This document shows positions 46,268 to 55,570 of a DNA stretch of 64,000 nt, in pieces (position 1 is the stretch's first letter; each line of letters starts with the position of its first letter). The position numbers and the translations under genes were made by a program. The notes under the pieces were generated by a model. It had not been told where the DNA came from. It saw only the letters and a list, made by a program, of their open reading frames with translations, and ran no database searches. Source of the DNA: Bacteroidales bacterium (lineage in GTDB: Bacteria > Bacteroidota > Bacteroidia > Bacteroidales > VadinHA17); the NCBI GenBank assembly GCA_036261265.1, contig DATALC010000105.1:906-64905 (forward strand), in the 5' to 3' direction.

Positions 46268-47446
46268 ATGAAAGTAGTTATAAAGTCTGGTTCGGGTGAA
46301 GTACCTCTGCAACTTGAAGGTTTACATTATGAGTCCGGCAGGCCTGTCAGGATTTTTATAATTGGCGGACTGATTATAGATATCAGGGAAATACCCGGGT
46401 TATCGGGTGTTGAAAAGAATCTTTTTCTTGCTCCCGGTCTTATCGATAACCAGGTTAACGGTTTTGCTGATGTTGACTTTTCTGGCGATCACCTGACTCC
46501 TGAAGGCATACTAAAAGCAACCGAGGCAATACTCAGGGAAGGTGTTACAACATTTATTCCGACGCTTATAACAAACAGCCATGAAAATCTTTTAAGGAAT
46601 TTCAGTATCCTCCATGAAGCATGTAAAAAATATCCGCTTGTTGATTCGTGCGTTCCGGGTTTTCATCTTGAAGGACCTTATATCTCACCAGAAGATGGAT
46701 TCAGAGGATGTCATTTTGCGGAATTTGTGAGAAAACCTGACTGGAACGAATTCAATGAATATTTTAAGGCATCGGGAGGAAGGATAATCCAGATTACAAT
46801 AGCACCCGAAATACAAGGTGCAATTGAATTCATTAAGCGATGCACCGAAAATGGGATAATTGTCGCACTCGGACATACAAATGCAAATGCGGAGCAGATA
46901 AATAAAGCTGTTGAAAACGGAGCAAGCTTATCAACACACCTTGGTAACGGTTGTGCCAATATGATAAATCGTCACAATAACCCGATATGGCCGCAGCTCG
47001 ACAATGATAAGCTGACTGCAACTGTAATTGCAGACGGAAACCACCTTTTGCCCGAAGAGATACGAGTATTCCTGAAAGCAAAAGGGAAGGGAAGAATGAT
47101 AATCACATCTGATGTCACTTATCTTGCAGGAATGCCTCCGGGGCATTATACATTCTCGGGTATGAACGTGATACTTAAGGATGATGGAACACTGTTCAAT
47201 GCTGAACAGAATGTGCTGGCAGGAGCTTCATTTCCACTTACAAAAGGCGTTGAGAATATTATGAGGTTCACAGGGGCATCATTAAGGGACGCTATTGATA
47301 TGGCCTCAGCAGATGTTGCATCAATATACAATTTGAAAGACAGGGGACAACTGCTTCCCGGGAAAAAAGCCGATATAATAATCTTCAGCAGGGAAGAGGG
47401 GAAAATGAAGATAAAGCAGGTATATAAAAACGGAATTCAACATTAA
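46268..47446 (+). CDS. nagA: N-acetylglucosamine-6-phosphate deacetylase
   Basis: Contains GLIDNQVNGF, FHLEGPYIS, LGHTNA and THLGNG. I prefer the ATG at 46268, 1 nt after the nagB stop. Confidence 0.9.
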   Translation: MKVVIKSGSGEVPLQLEGLHYESGRPVRIFIIGGLIIDIREIPGLSGVEKNLFLAPGLIDNQVNGFADVDFSGDHLTPEGILKATEAILREGVTTFIPTLITNSHENLLRNFSILHEACKKYPLVDSCVPGFHLEGPYISPEDGFRGCHFAEFVRKPDWNEFNEYFKASGGRIIQITIAPEIQGAIEFIKRCTENGIIVALGHTNANAEQINKAVENGASLSTHLGNGCANMINRHNNPIWPQLDNDKLTATVIADGNHLLPEEIRVFLKAKGKGRMIITSDVTYLAGMPPGHYTFSGMNVILKDDGTLFNAEQNVLAGASFPLTKGVENIMRFTGASLRDAIDMASADVASIYNLKDRGQLLPGKKADIIIFSREEGKMKIKQVYKNGIQH

Positions 47447-47463
47447 AGATAACCTCCTGACCA

Positions 47464-49131
47464 ATGACAACACCTGATTACATTGTCCTTTTCGGATACT
47501 TTTTTCTTATTACGGCGTTTGGATTATGGATAGCAAAGCGCACCCGGACGAGCGATGCTTATTTCAGGGGAGAACGGAAGTTCAGGTGGTACATCATGAT
47601 AGGACAGGCATTTGGTGTTGGAACTCATGCCGAAGCTCCTGTAGCCCAGACCGGCGCCGTTTTCAGCCAGGGATTTGCAACTATCTGGTACCAGTGGAAG
47701 AACATGCTTATCACTCCATTTTACTGGCTGATAGCTCCATTTTACAGGAGGAGTGAACGAACAACGGTAGGGGAGATAATTGAGGACCGTTATGGCAGCA
47801 GGATGGGAGTAGTTTATTCTGTTTTTGCTATATGCTTCTTCATGTTCAACATGGGAGTAATGCTGCAGGGCGCTGCAAAGGTGATATCTGTAGCCTCAGG
47901 AAACCTGATCTCACCCACAATGGTTGTACTATTCATGACAGCAGCTTTTGTCATTTACAGCTTCGCCGGGGGACTAATAACTGCTGCATATACAGATTTC
48001 GTCCAGGCATTCCTGATTATTATACTCTCGATTCTCCTGATACCTTTCGGATTGAAGGAAGTAAATGGATTTTCGGGGATGAAGGCCGTGCTTCCTGTTC
48101 ATTTTTTTGATGTATTCAACAGTGCAAGCGGCATTGATGGTTTTACTATTGCAATGCTTGCTATAAATGGCATTGTCGGGATAACTGCACAGCCACACAT
48201 GGTATCAATGTGCGCAACAGGAAACACAGAAAGAGCCGGTAGGATCGGTCAGACTTTCGGATCAATGGTAAAAAGACTTGTAACAATCGGATGGGCATTG
48301 ACAGGACTTATCGTTGCCGCACTTGTTATTAAAAACGACGTCACTCTTGCAGATCCTGAGATGGCCTTCGGATATGCGTGCAGCAAGCTTCTCAAACCGG
48401 GTCTTGTAGGATTGATGCTTGCTGCAATTGTTGCCGCCAACATGGCTGCATGTTCAAATTTCATGGTCAACACAGGAGCCTTGTTTACAAGAAATTTTTA
48501 CAAAAAATATATAAATCCCACCGCAACAGACAAAAAGTTGTTGTGGATGGGAAGGTATTCAGGGCTTGGGCTCGCAGCAGTGGGAGTGATGTTCGCACTA
48601 AGTATAAAAAATGTCCTCAATGCATTCCTGTTCACCGAGACTCTTGCCGCATTTATGGGGATTATGTTCCTTGGAGGTATAATCTGGAAGAGAGCTAACA
48701 GGTATGGCGCCGGATCAGCAGTATTTGTCTCTTTCTCGGTTTATTTTATTGTTAATTATTTAACAACAGGGAAACTGATGCTTGTTTACAAATGGATGCC
48801 TGTTCCTTTTGGCATCGCTATGCTTTCAGGCTCTCTTATTTTCTGGCTTGTCAGTATCCTTACGAAACCTGAATCAATAGAAAAGATGGAAGTCTTTTTT
48901 GATAATATGCGCAGGAAATCAGATGCGATGAAGACAGGAACAGATGGAAAGAAACCTTTGGCTTCAGAAACAGGTGATGACTTACTTCTTCTGGATCTTC
49001 CCGGATGGCGTCATAAAGATCGCAGGCAAAACTTCTTCAGAAGATATCGTGAGGATATTGCCGGATTCCTTCTTAGCTGGCTTTTCGTTGGAGCGTTGAT
49101 TTTCCTTGCATGGGGAATACTGCAACTGTAA
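47464..49131 (+). CDS. Sodium:solute symporter (SSS) family transporter
   Basis: 555 aa, about 13-14 TM segments, with an SSS-like N-terminal pattern (YFRGERKF) and a cytoplasmic tail. Confidence 0.88.
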   Translation: MTTPDYIVLFGYFFLITAFGLWIAKRTRTSDAYFRGERKFRWYIMIGQAFGVGTHAEAPVAQTGAVFSQGFATIWYQWKNMLITPFYWLIAPFYRRSERTTVGEIIEDRYGSRMGVVYSVFAICFFMFNMGVMLQGAAKVISVASGNLISPTMVVLFMTAAFVIYSFAGGLITAAYTDFVQAFLIIILSILLIPFGLKEVNGFSGMKAVLPVHFFDVFNSASGIDGFTIAMLAINGIVGITAQPHMVSMCATGNTERAGRIGQTFGSMVKRLVTIGWALTGLIVAALVIKNDVTLADPEMAFGYACSKLLKPGLVGLMLAAIVAANMAACSNFMVNTGALFTRNFYKKYINPTATDKKLLWMGRYSGLGLAAVGVMFALSIKNVLNAFLFTETLAAFMGIMFLGGIIWKRANRYGAGSAVFVSFSVYFIVNYLTTGKLMLVYKWMPVPFGIAMLSGSLIFWLVSILTKPESIEKMEVFFDNMRRKSDAMKTGTDGKKPLASETGDDLLLLDLPGWRHKDRRQNFFRRYREDIAGFLLSWLFVGALIFLAWGILQL

Positions 49132-49218
49132 CTGACATTATCCTGAATAAGTTTCATAATAATTTGGTTATAATATCACGGATATATAACTTCGCCCTTC
49201 TAATTTAATTCAATCGAT

Positions 49219-49392
49219 ATGGGAAATTTTGGTGCTACCGAGATCATTCTTATTCTTCTTGTTGTTGTTCTTCTTTTTGGCGGAAGGAAGATTCCCGAAC
49301 TTTTCAAAGGAATCGGCCAGGGTATGAAAGAATTTAAGAAAGCTTCACGCCTTGATGACGAGCCTACCACCAAAGACGAAACCAAAAGCTGA
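49219..49392 (+). CDS. tatA: Twin-arginine translocase subunit TatA/E
   Basis: 57 aa, below the track cutoff. My translation is [57 protein letters not shown], the canonical TatA TM plus amphipathic helix. The 49200-49493 minus ORF is its shadow. Confidence 0.85.
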   Translation: MGNFGATEIILILLVVVLLFGGRKIPELFKGIGQGMKEFKKASRLDDEPTTKDETKS

Positions 49393-49505
49393 AAAGAAAG
49401 CTTCCTGTTTTTCTGAAAGCTCTGGTATTCCCGCTTTTCAACGAGAATATAATTTTTATGAAAATACTCCCGCTTCATGCAGGAGCATATCATATTTCAG
49501 GTTCC

Positions 49506-51089
49506 TTAATCCGTAACAAGATATCCGGGTGCCTTTCTGTGCTTTGTTCCCTGTTCGTATGAATATGCAATCGTTAGCAGCTTCCCTTCACTCCATGCTT
49601 TCCCGAAAAATGTTATACCGACAGGCAGATCCTCAACAAACCCCATCGGCACAGTTATAGCAGGGTAACCGGAGATTGCCGCAGGTGAGGAATCACCACC
49701 GGCAAAATGATCTCCGAGCAGGTGATCCGTTTTCCATGCAGGGCTTCCTGTCGGTGATATCAGCGCATCAAGCTTTGCTGAATCCATCACATGATCGATC
49801 CCGTCTGTCCTCATTGCTTTAAGGGATTTCTCTAGAGCAGCTTTATACTCTTTTTCATTTAGTGTTCCTTTCTTCTGCGATTCCTCAAAAATTGCCTGGT
49901 TAAAATACCTGAGCTCGACAGGGTCTTTTTTATTGAATTCTATAAGATCTTCAAGGCTCCTGGCCGTTATCATGTCGCCTGTGGAAGCGAGATATTTGTT
50001 GATACCGTCCTTAAACTCATACATCAGTACCTCAAGCTCTTCGCCTGATGGGGAATGGGGAAGCGATACCTCAACAATTTCAGCTCCGTTTGCTTTCAGG
50101 TAACTTACAGCTTCCATCATTAGCTTATCAACTTTCTCATTGAAGCCCATAGCTTTTTTTACCAGACCTATTCTCTTCCCTGAAAGGCCATTTTTGACAA
50201 GATACTTTGTATAATCTGTCTCATATTTTCCTTCAGATTCAAGTGTTTTTGAATCGGATTGATCGATGCCTGTAAGAAAGCCAAGGGTGATTGCTGCGTC
50301 CTCAACGGTACGGCACATCGGGCCCGGAGTGTCCTGGCTGAAAGATATCGGGATCACGCCTTTGCGGCTGATAAGCCCTACAGTAGGTTTAATCCCGACA
50401 ATTCCGTTTGTAGTTGACGGGCATACAATAGATCCGTCGGTCTCGGTTCCGATAGCAAGCATGCATAGGTTTGCCGATGTTGCGACACCTGATCCTGAAC
50501 TCGATCCGCATGGATTTCTGTCGAGAACATAAGGATTCTTTGTTTGTCCGCCGACACCGCTCCATCCGCTTGATGAATTTGTAGCCCTGAAATTAGCCCA
50601 TTCACTCAGGTTTGATTTTCCTAATATGACAGCCCCTGCTTCCCTGAGCTTTTTTGCCACATAGCTGTCCTCTGCCGGATATGAGTCTTTCAGGGCTAGT
50701 GAACCGGCAGTTGTGGGCATTTTATCATGTGTATCAATATTATCTTTCAGAATAACAGGAACACCATGCAGCATTCCTCGCGATTTCCCTGAAGCCAGCT
50801 CTTTATCGAGTTCCTCTGCAATTTGAAGAGCATCAGGGTTTATAATTATAACAGAGTTGAGCCGGGGTCCGTTCTTATCAAGCTCTTCTATTCTCTGAAT
50901 ATAGGCTTTCACAACATCGCTGATCTTAAATTCACCATCAGCATATCCTTTCTGAAGCCTGCTTATTGTCATCTCTTCAAGCCAGGATGTGTCTGAGGCA
51001 GTTTTGGTGTTGTTAACAGGCGATTGGCATGCTGCAAAAAAGAGAATTATTGCAAGAAGAAAAGGAGTTCCCCGACGAATTGTATTCAT
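49506..51089 (-). CDS. Amidase-signature family amidase, exported lipoprotein
   Basis: 527 aa with lipobox LAIILFFAAC, the AS signature GGSSSGSGVA and the catalytic K/S-cisS-S context. Confidence 0.9.
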   Translation of the reverse strand: MNTIRRGTPFLLAIILFFAACQSPVNNTKTASDTSWLEEMTISRLQKGYADGEFKISDVVKAYIQRIEELDKNGPRLNSVIIINPDALQIAEELDKELASGKSRGMLHGVPVILKDNIDTHDKMPTTAGSLALKDSYPAEDSYVAKKLREAGAVILGKSNLSEWANFRATNSSSGWSGVGGQTKNPYVLDRNPCGSSSGSGVATSANLCMLAIGTETDGSIVCPSTTNGIVGIKPTVGLISRKGVIPISFSQDTPGPMCRTVEDAAITLGFLTGIDQSDSKTLESEGKYETDYTKYLVKNGLSGKRIGLVKKAMGFNEKVDKLMMEAVSYLKANGAEIVEVSLPHSPSGEELEVLMYEFKDGINKYLASTGDMITARSLEDLIEFNKKDPVELRYFNQAIFEESQKKGTLNEKEYKAALEKSLKAMRTDGIDHVMDSAKLDALISPTGSPAWKTDHLLGDHFAGGDSSPAAISGYPAITVPMGFVEDLPVGITFFGKAWSEGKLLTIAYSYEQGTKHRKAPGYLVTD

Positions 51090-51145
51090 AATTTCAGGAT
51101 AGTTGGTTCATACAGCCTAAATTATGAATAATTATGTAAATTCAA

Positions 51146-51153
51146 TATCTTTG
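51146..51153 (+). promoter_or_regulatory. Bacteroidetes-type -7 box (TATCTTTG) for the xdhC operon
   Basis: Exact TAnnTTTG match 49 nt upstream of the ATG at 51202, which is preceded by GGAGGA. Confidence 0.4.
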
Positions 51154-51201
51154 TTATGATCGTGTTTGTCACATAAAAAGCGTAATCCATCCGGAGGAAT
51201 A

Positions 51202-52278
51202 ATGAAAAGCATTTATCTTCAGTTGCCTGAGCAGATATCTTCAAAAATGCCTGTACTTGCGACAGTTGTGAGTACAAAAGGATCCACTCCGCAGGTTCCT
51301 GGCAGTTCTGCTTTATTTAATGATAAAGGCCTTCTTGCAGGAACTATAGGTGGAGGTGTTGTCGAGAAAAGGATCCAGGATGTTGCAGCAAAGCTTTTTA
51401 TCACGGGGAAATCAGGTTATTATGATTTCAATCTTGAAAATGACATTTCAAGAAAGGAAGAAGCGATTTGCGGAGGACAGATCGCGATTCTTGTTGATGC
51501 GACACCTGATGTAGAAGTATTTAATAAGGTGAGGCAATCATTGAAGGAGAAAGAGCCTTGTGTTCTTATAACTCTTGTTTCCCATGAAGACGATGAGAGT
51601 GTAAAAATTGAAAGATTCCTTGCTGATGGTCGTATTAAGCCTTCAATTAACGAGGAATACCTGAAAAGAGCAGAACCTGTGATAAAGGAGATGCTTCTTC
51701 TTCCTGATCCTTCAGGATTCTGCAGGATCGATCTTACTTCAGAAGCAGGAAAACCCGTTTTCATGTTTCTTGAACCCGTGATCCCGCCATTGAAGCTTGT
51801 AATTGCAGGAGCAGGACATATCGGAAGATCTCTCGCGCATCTTGGTAAGCTTTCAGGCTTTGAAGTGACTGTAATTGACGACAGGCCTGAGTACGCAAAT
51901 CCGGTTAACATTCCTGATGCGTCTGAGATATTGACAGGTGATATAGGGAAAACGATTATTGAGCTTCCTAAAGGAAAGGACACTTATATTGTTATTGTTA
52001 CGCGCGGACATAAGGATGATGCAGAAGCCCTGAAGGCATGTATAAAAGAGAACACTGCATATCTTGGAATGATCGGCAGCAGGAAGAAAACGGTGGCGAT
52101 CCGGGATGAGTTTATTAATAAAAAGTGGTGCAATATTGAACAATGGAATAAAGTTCACACTCCTGTAGGACTTGAGATCAATGCACGAACAGTTGAGGAA
52201 ATTGCAATCAGTATTGCAGCCGAGCTTATAATGGTTAAGAACAGCCGGAAAGACAAGATAAAAGGTTGTCCTGCATGA
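51202..52278 (+). CDS. xdhC: XdhC-family molybdoenzyme maturation factor
   Basis: XdhC/CoxI N-domain (ATVVSTKGSTPQVPGS) plus a Rossmann domain (LVIAGAGHIGRSLA). I prefer the ATG at 51202 over the TTG at 51166. Confidence 0.85.
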   Translation: MKSIYLQLPEQISSKMPVLATVVSTKGSTPQVPGSSALFNDKGLLAGTIGGGVVEKRIQDVAAKLFITGKSGYYDFNLENDISRKEEAICGGQIAILVDATPDVEVFNKVRQSLKEKEPCVLITLVSHEDDESVKIERFLADGRIKPSINEEYLKRAEPVIKEMLLLPDPSGFCRIDLTSEAGKPVFMFLEPVIPPLKLVIAGAGHIGRSLAHLGKLSGFEVTVIDDRPEYANPVNIPDASEILTGDIGKTIIELPKGKDTYIVIVTRGHKDDAEALKACIKENTAYLGMIGSRKKTVAIRDEFINKKWCNIEQWNKVHTPVGLEINARTVEEIAISIAAELIMVKNSRKDKIKGCPA

Positions 52279-52883
52279 CAACAGGCACTACCGTAAACAT
52301 AGCAGCAATAATTCTGGCTGCAGGGGAATCAAAAAGAATGGGAAGACCAAAAATGCTTCTTCCATTCCGGGGTAGAACGATTATAGAAACTGTAGTTAAA
52401 AATATAAAAGACTCAGGAATAGAAAATATTCTTGCAGTAACAGGCGCTGAAAGAGAAATAACAGCAAATTTATTGAATCAGAATTCTGTGAATTTCTGCA
52501 TAAATAATAATTATAGGGAAGGTATGCTTTCGTCGGTTATTTGCGGTATCCGGAACATATCAGGAGATCCTGAAGCAATCTTCATCTTTCCCGGCGACCA
52601 GCCGCTGATTTCTCCTGTAACGATTAAGTCAATGATTTCAAATTACAGAACTTCGGAATTTGGTATCTTTATTCCTGTTTTTAAAGGACGAAGGGGGCAT
52701 CCTTTGCTCATTGACAGGCATTACATGATGGAGGTTGAAAAGCTCAATACTGAGGAAGGGCTTAGAGCTCTCGCAATAATGCATCCCGATGATGTTAGTG
52801 AAGTTGAAACAAATGATCCGGGTATTCTGAAGGACTTCGATACTTATGATGATTATCTCAGGGAAATAAATCAAATATCTTAA
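52275..52883 (+). CDS. mocA: MobA-like nucleotidyltransferase (molybdenum cofactor cytidylyltransferase, MocA-like)
   Basis: Contains AAIILAAGESKRMGRPKMLLPF. Its start overlaps the xdhC stop (ATGA). Confidence 0.82.
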   Translation: MTTGTTVNIAAIILAAGESKRMGRPKMLLPFRGRTIIETVVKNIKDSGIENILAVTGAEREITANLLNQNSVNFCINNNYREGMLSSVICGIRNISGDPEAIFIFPGDQPLISPVTIKSMISNYRTSEFGIFIPVFKGRRGHPLLIDRHYMMEVEKLNTEEGLRALAIMHPDDVSEVETNDPGILKDFDTYDDYLREINQIS

Positions 52884-52885
52884 CC

Positions 52886-53362
52886 ATGGAACAAAAGATA
52901 ACTTTTCAGCTAAACGGTAAAAAGACAGAAATAAGCATCGACCCGAACCAGACACTGGTTTGGGTTCTCCGTGATAATCTAGGTCTTACCGGGACAAAAT
53001 ATGGCTGTGGAAACGGATTCTGCGGCGCATGCACTGTCCTGATTGATGATGAGCCTGTCAGGTCATGTCAGATCCCTGTCAGCGATGTCGAGGGTAAAAA
53101 AGTTGTCACGATCGAAGGTCTTTCAGAAAATGGAAAGCTCAATCCTGTTCAGAAAGCGTTTGTTGAGCATGACGCTCTACAATGCGGTTACTGCACTCCG
53201 GGGATGATATTGACAGCCACAAGCCTGCTCCTGAAGAACTCAAATCCTACCGAACAGGAGATTAAAGCCGGGCTTGAGGATAATCTATGCAGGTGCGGGG
53301 CGCATGTACGTATAATCGAAGCTGTTAAAACTGCCGCTAAAGAAATGAAAGGAGGGAAGTAA
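52886..53362 (+). CDS. (2Fe-2S)-binding small subunit of a xanthine dehydrogenase/aldehyde oxidase-family enzyme
   Basis: 158 aa with cluster I CGNGFCGACTV...C and cluster II QCGYCTPG...CRCG. Confidence 0.92.
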   Translation: MEQKITFQLNGKKTEISIDPNQTLVWVLRDNLGLTGTKYGCGNGFCGACTVLIDDEPVRSCQIPVSDVEGKKVVTIEGLSENGKLNPVQKAFVEHDALQCGYCTPGMILTATSLLLKNSNPTEQEIKAGLEDNLCRCGAHVRIIEAVKTAAKEMKGGK

Positions 53363-53364
53363 TC

Positions 53365-55503
53365 ATGAAAAAGAACGATACAAACAATAAAGCAATTAAT
53401 GGAATACCAAGACGTGATTTCCTTAAAAAACTTGGCGGTGGAATCTTTCTTTTCTTTGTTCCCTGGCCTGAAATTGAAGCTTCTTCAATTTCGTCACAGC
53501 AGGTAAGACGAACATTACCAAAGGATTATAATGCATTTCTCCAGATAACAGAAGATGGAACGATTAACTGTTATACTGGAAAAATCGAGATGGGGCAAGG
53601 TGTTATAACATCTCTGCCTCTGATGATGGCAGATGAGCTTAATGTTCCGCTTGAAAAAGTAAAAATAGTGATGGGCGATACAGACCTGTGTCCCTGGGAT
53701 GCAGGTACATGGGGATCACAAACAACTCAGGCATTCGGTCCTGCCATGAGGGCGGCTGCCGCAGAAGCACGGGTTGTCCTTGTAGATATGGCTGCCGCAA
53801 AGCTCGGTGTTCCTTCAACCCAGCTTGAAGTTAAGGACGGAGTAATAACCGACTCTAAAAATCCGAAGAATACTGTCTCCTATGGTCAGCTCGCTAAAGG
53901 CAAAAAGCTCGAGAAATTCCTCGATGTAAAACCTGCACCTGAAACATTTGATAAATTTACTTATGTAGGGAAACCTTACTTTCACTCAGACGCTGTTCAG
54001 AAGGTCACAGGCGCTGCAAAATATGCACTCGACCTCAGGATTCCCGGAATGGTATATGCAAGGATACTGAGACCTCCTTCACATGGAGCTAAGCTGAAAT
54101 CGGCAGACTGGTCAGGCGCTGAAAAGGTACAGGGAACGACAGTTATCCACGACGGTGATCTTGTTGCAGTTCTTAATGAGAATCGCGACAGGGCGGATGA
54201 AGCTGTCGTTAAGATAAAAGCTGATTATACTTTCAACGAGATGCCTGTGAATGATAAAACAATTCATGAGTGGTTCATGAAGGCTGAAGCATCACAGAAT
54301 GTCATAAGGAGCAAAGGCGATCCTGATGCCGGCGCTCAGGCTTCTGAGAAAGTATTTGAGTCTGAATTCAGGTTCCCTTATCTCGCACATGCCCCGATAG
54401 AAACTCATACAGCTCTTGCTGAATTTAAAGATGATAAGGTTACTATCTGGGCCGCAACCCAGTCTCCTTTCGGACTCCAGGATGCAGTTGCAAGAGAGCT
54501 GTCGATGCCTCTTGAAAAAGTAAGGGTCATAACACCGTTCGTGGGTGGCGGTTTTGGCGGTAAGAGCATGTATACACAGGGTGTTGAAGCAGCAAAGCTT
54601 GCAAAGCTGTCAGGTAAGCCGGTTATGGTCCACTGGACGCGTGATGAGGAATTCTTCTATGATATCTTCCATGCTGCTTCTGTCATAAAGGTGAAATCAG
54701 GAGTAGATAAGGATGGTCTCATCAAATTATGGGACTACACAATTTATATGGCAGGTACAAGAGGTTCGGAAACATTGTATGAAGTACCAAATGATAAAGC
54801 AACAAATATAAGTCCTTCTCCGAAAGGTCCGGCAATTCATCCCGTTGCAACGGGTCCCTGGAGAGGGCCGAACGCCCAGGATAATACCTTTGCAAGAGAA
54901 TCACAGATCGATATGATGGCTTCCTATGCCGGTATCGATCCTCTGGAATTCCGGCTTAAAAACCTGAAAGACGAGAAGATGATAGCCTGCCTGAAAGCTG
55001 TTGCGGATAAATTCGGCTACACGCCTGCTAAGGGCCCCAGCGGAAGAGGTATTGGAATAGCTGTCGGGACTGATGCCGGAACCTGGGTTGCTGAAATGGC
55101 AGAGGTAAAGGTTGACAGGAACACTGGCAAAGTTGAAGTAGTCAGGATTGCATGTGCACAGGATATGGGATTATGCGTGAATCCGCAGGGAGCAACGATC
55201 CAGATGGAAGGCTGCATGACTATGGGACTCGGCTTCACATTCACTGAAGAAGTATTCTTTGAAGGCGGCAATGTTCTCGACAGGGGATATGATTCTTACA
55301 AGATTCCGAAATTCTCATGGCTACCGAAGATTGATACTGTTATTCTCGACAGGAAAGATAAAGCTCCGAAAGGAGGAGGTGAGCCTGCAATCGTACCGGT
55401 GGCTGCTGTTATTGCTAATGCAATCTTCGATGCTACCGGCGCAAGACTTTACAGGTTCCCGATGACCCCGGAGAGGGTGATGGAGGCGATGGGGAAGAGG
55501 TAG
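53365..55503 (+). CDS. Molybdopterin-binding large subunit (IorB/aldehyde-oxidoreductase-like) with Tat signal
   Basis: 712 aa with an N-terminal twin-arginine signal (GIPRRDFLKKLGGGIFLF). The a/b-hammerhead and Mo-binding domains include GGGFGGK and GEPAIVPVAAVIANAIFDATG. Confidence 0.9.
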   Translation: MKKNDTNNKAINGIPRRDFLKKLGGGIFLFFVPWPEIEASSISSQQVRRTLPKDYNAFLQITEDGTINCYTGKIEMGQGVITSLPLMMADELNVPLEKVKIVMGDTDLCPWDAGTWGSQTTQAFGPAMRAAAAEARVVLVDMAAAKLGVPSTQLEVKDGVITDSKNPKNTVSYGQLAKGKKLEKFLDVKPAPETFDKFTYVGKPYFHSDAVQKVTGAAKYALDLRIPGMVYARILRPPSHGAKLKSADWSGAEKVQGTTVIHDGDLVAVLNENRDRADEAVVKIKADYTFNEMPVNDKTIHEWFMKAEASQNVIRSKGDPDAGAQASEKVFESEFRFPYLAHAPIETHTALAEFKDDKVTIWAATQSPFGLQDAVARELSMPLEKVRVITPFVGGGFGGKSMYTQGVEAAKLAKLSGKPVMVHWTRDEEFFYDIFHAASVIKVKSGVDKDGLIKLWDYTIYMAGTRGSETLYEVPNDKATNISPSPKGPAIHPVATGPWRGPNAQDNTFARESQIDMMASYAGIDPLEFRLKNLKDEKMIACLKAVADKFGYTPAKGPSGRGIGIAVGTDAGTWVAEMAEVKVDRNTGKVEVVRIACAQDMGLCVNPQGATIQMEGCMTMGLGFTFTEEVFFEGGNVLDRGYDSYKIPKFSWLPKIDTVILDRKDKAPKGGGEPAIVPVAAVIANAIFDATGARLYRFPMTPERVMEAMGKR

Positions 55504-55507
55504 GAAG

Positions 55508-55570
55508 AGGAGAAAGGGAGAGTGGGAGAATGGGAGAATGGGAGAATGGGAGAATGTTAGAATGTGAGAT
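55508..55570. repeat. 8-bp tandem repeat array, about 8 units
   Basis: 4 perfect GGGAGAAT units (55524-55555), flanked by degenerate units (AGGAGAAA, GGGAGAGT, GTTAGAAT, GTGAGAT). It fills the whole spacer between the stops at 55503 (+) and 55571 (-). Confidence 0.9.

Noticed and set aside
49200-49493. 97-aa minus-strand ORF in the track
   Set aside because: The opposite strand encodes a textbook 57-aa TatA (49219-49392). The minus ORF is its shadow.
51090-51201. Moco riboswitch upstream of the xdhC / molybdoenzyme operon
   Set aside because: With the -7 box at 51146, the spacer leaves only about 45 nt of leader, which is too short for the roughly 130-nt Moco motif. No conserved Moco stems were visible.
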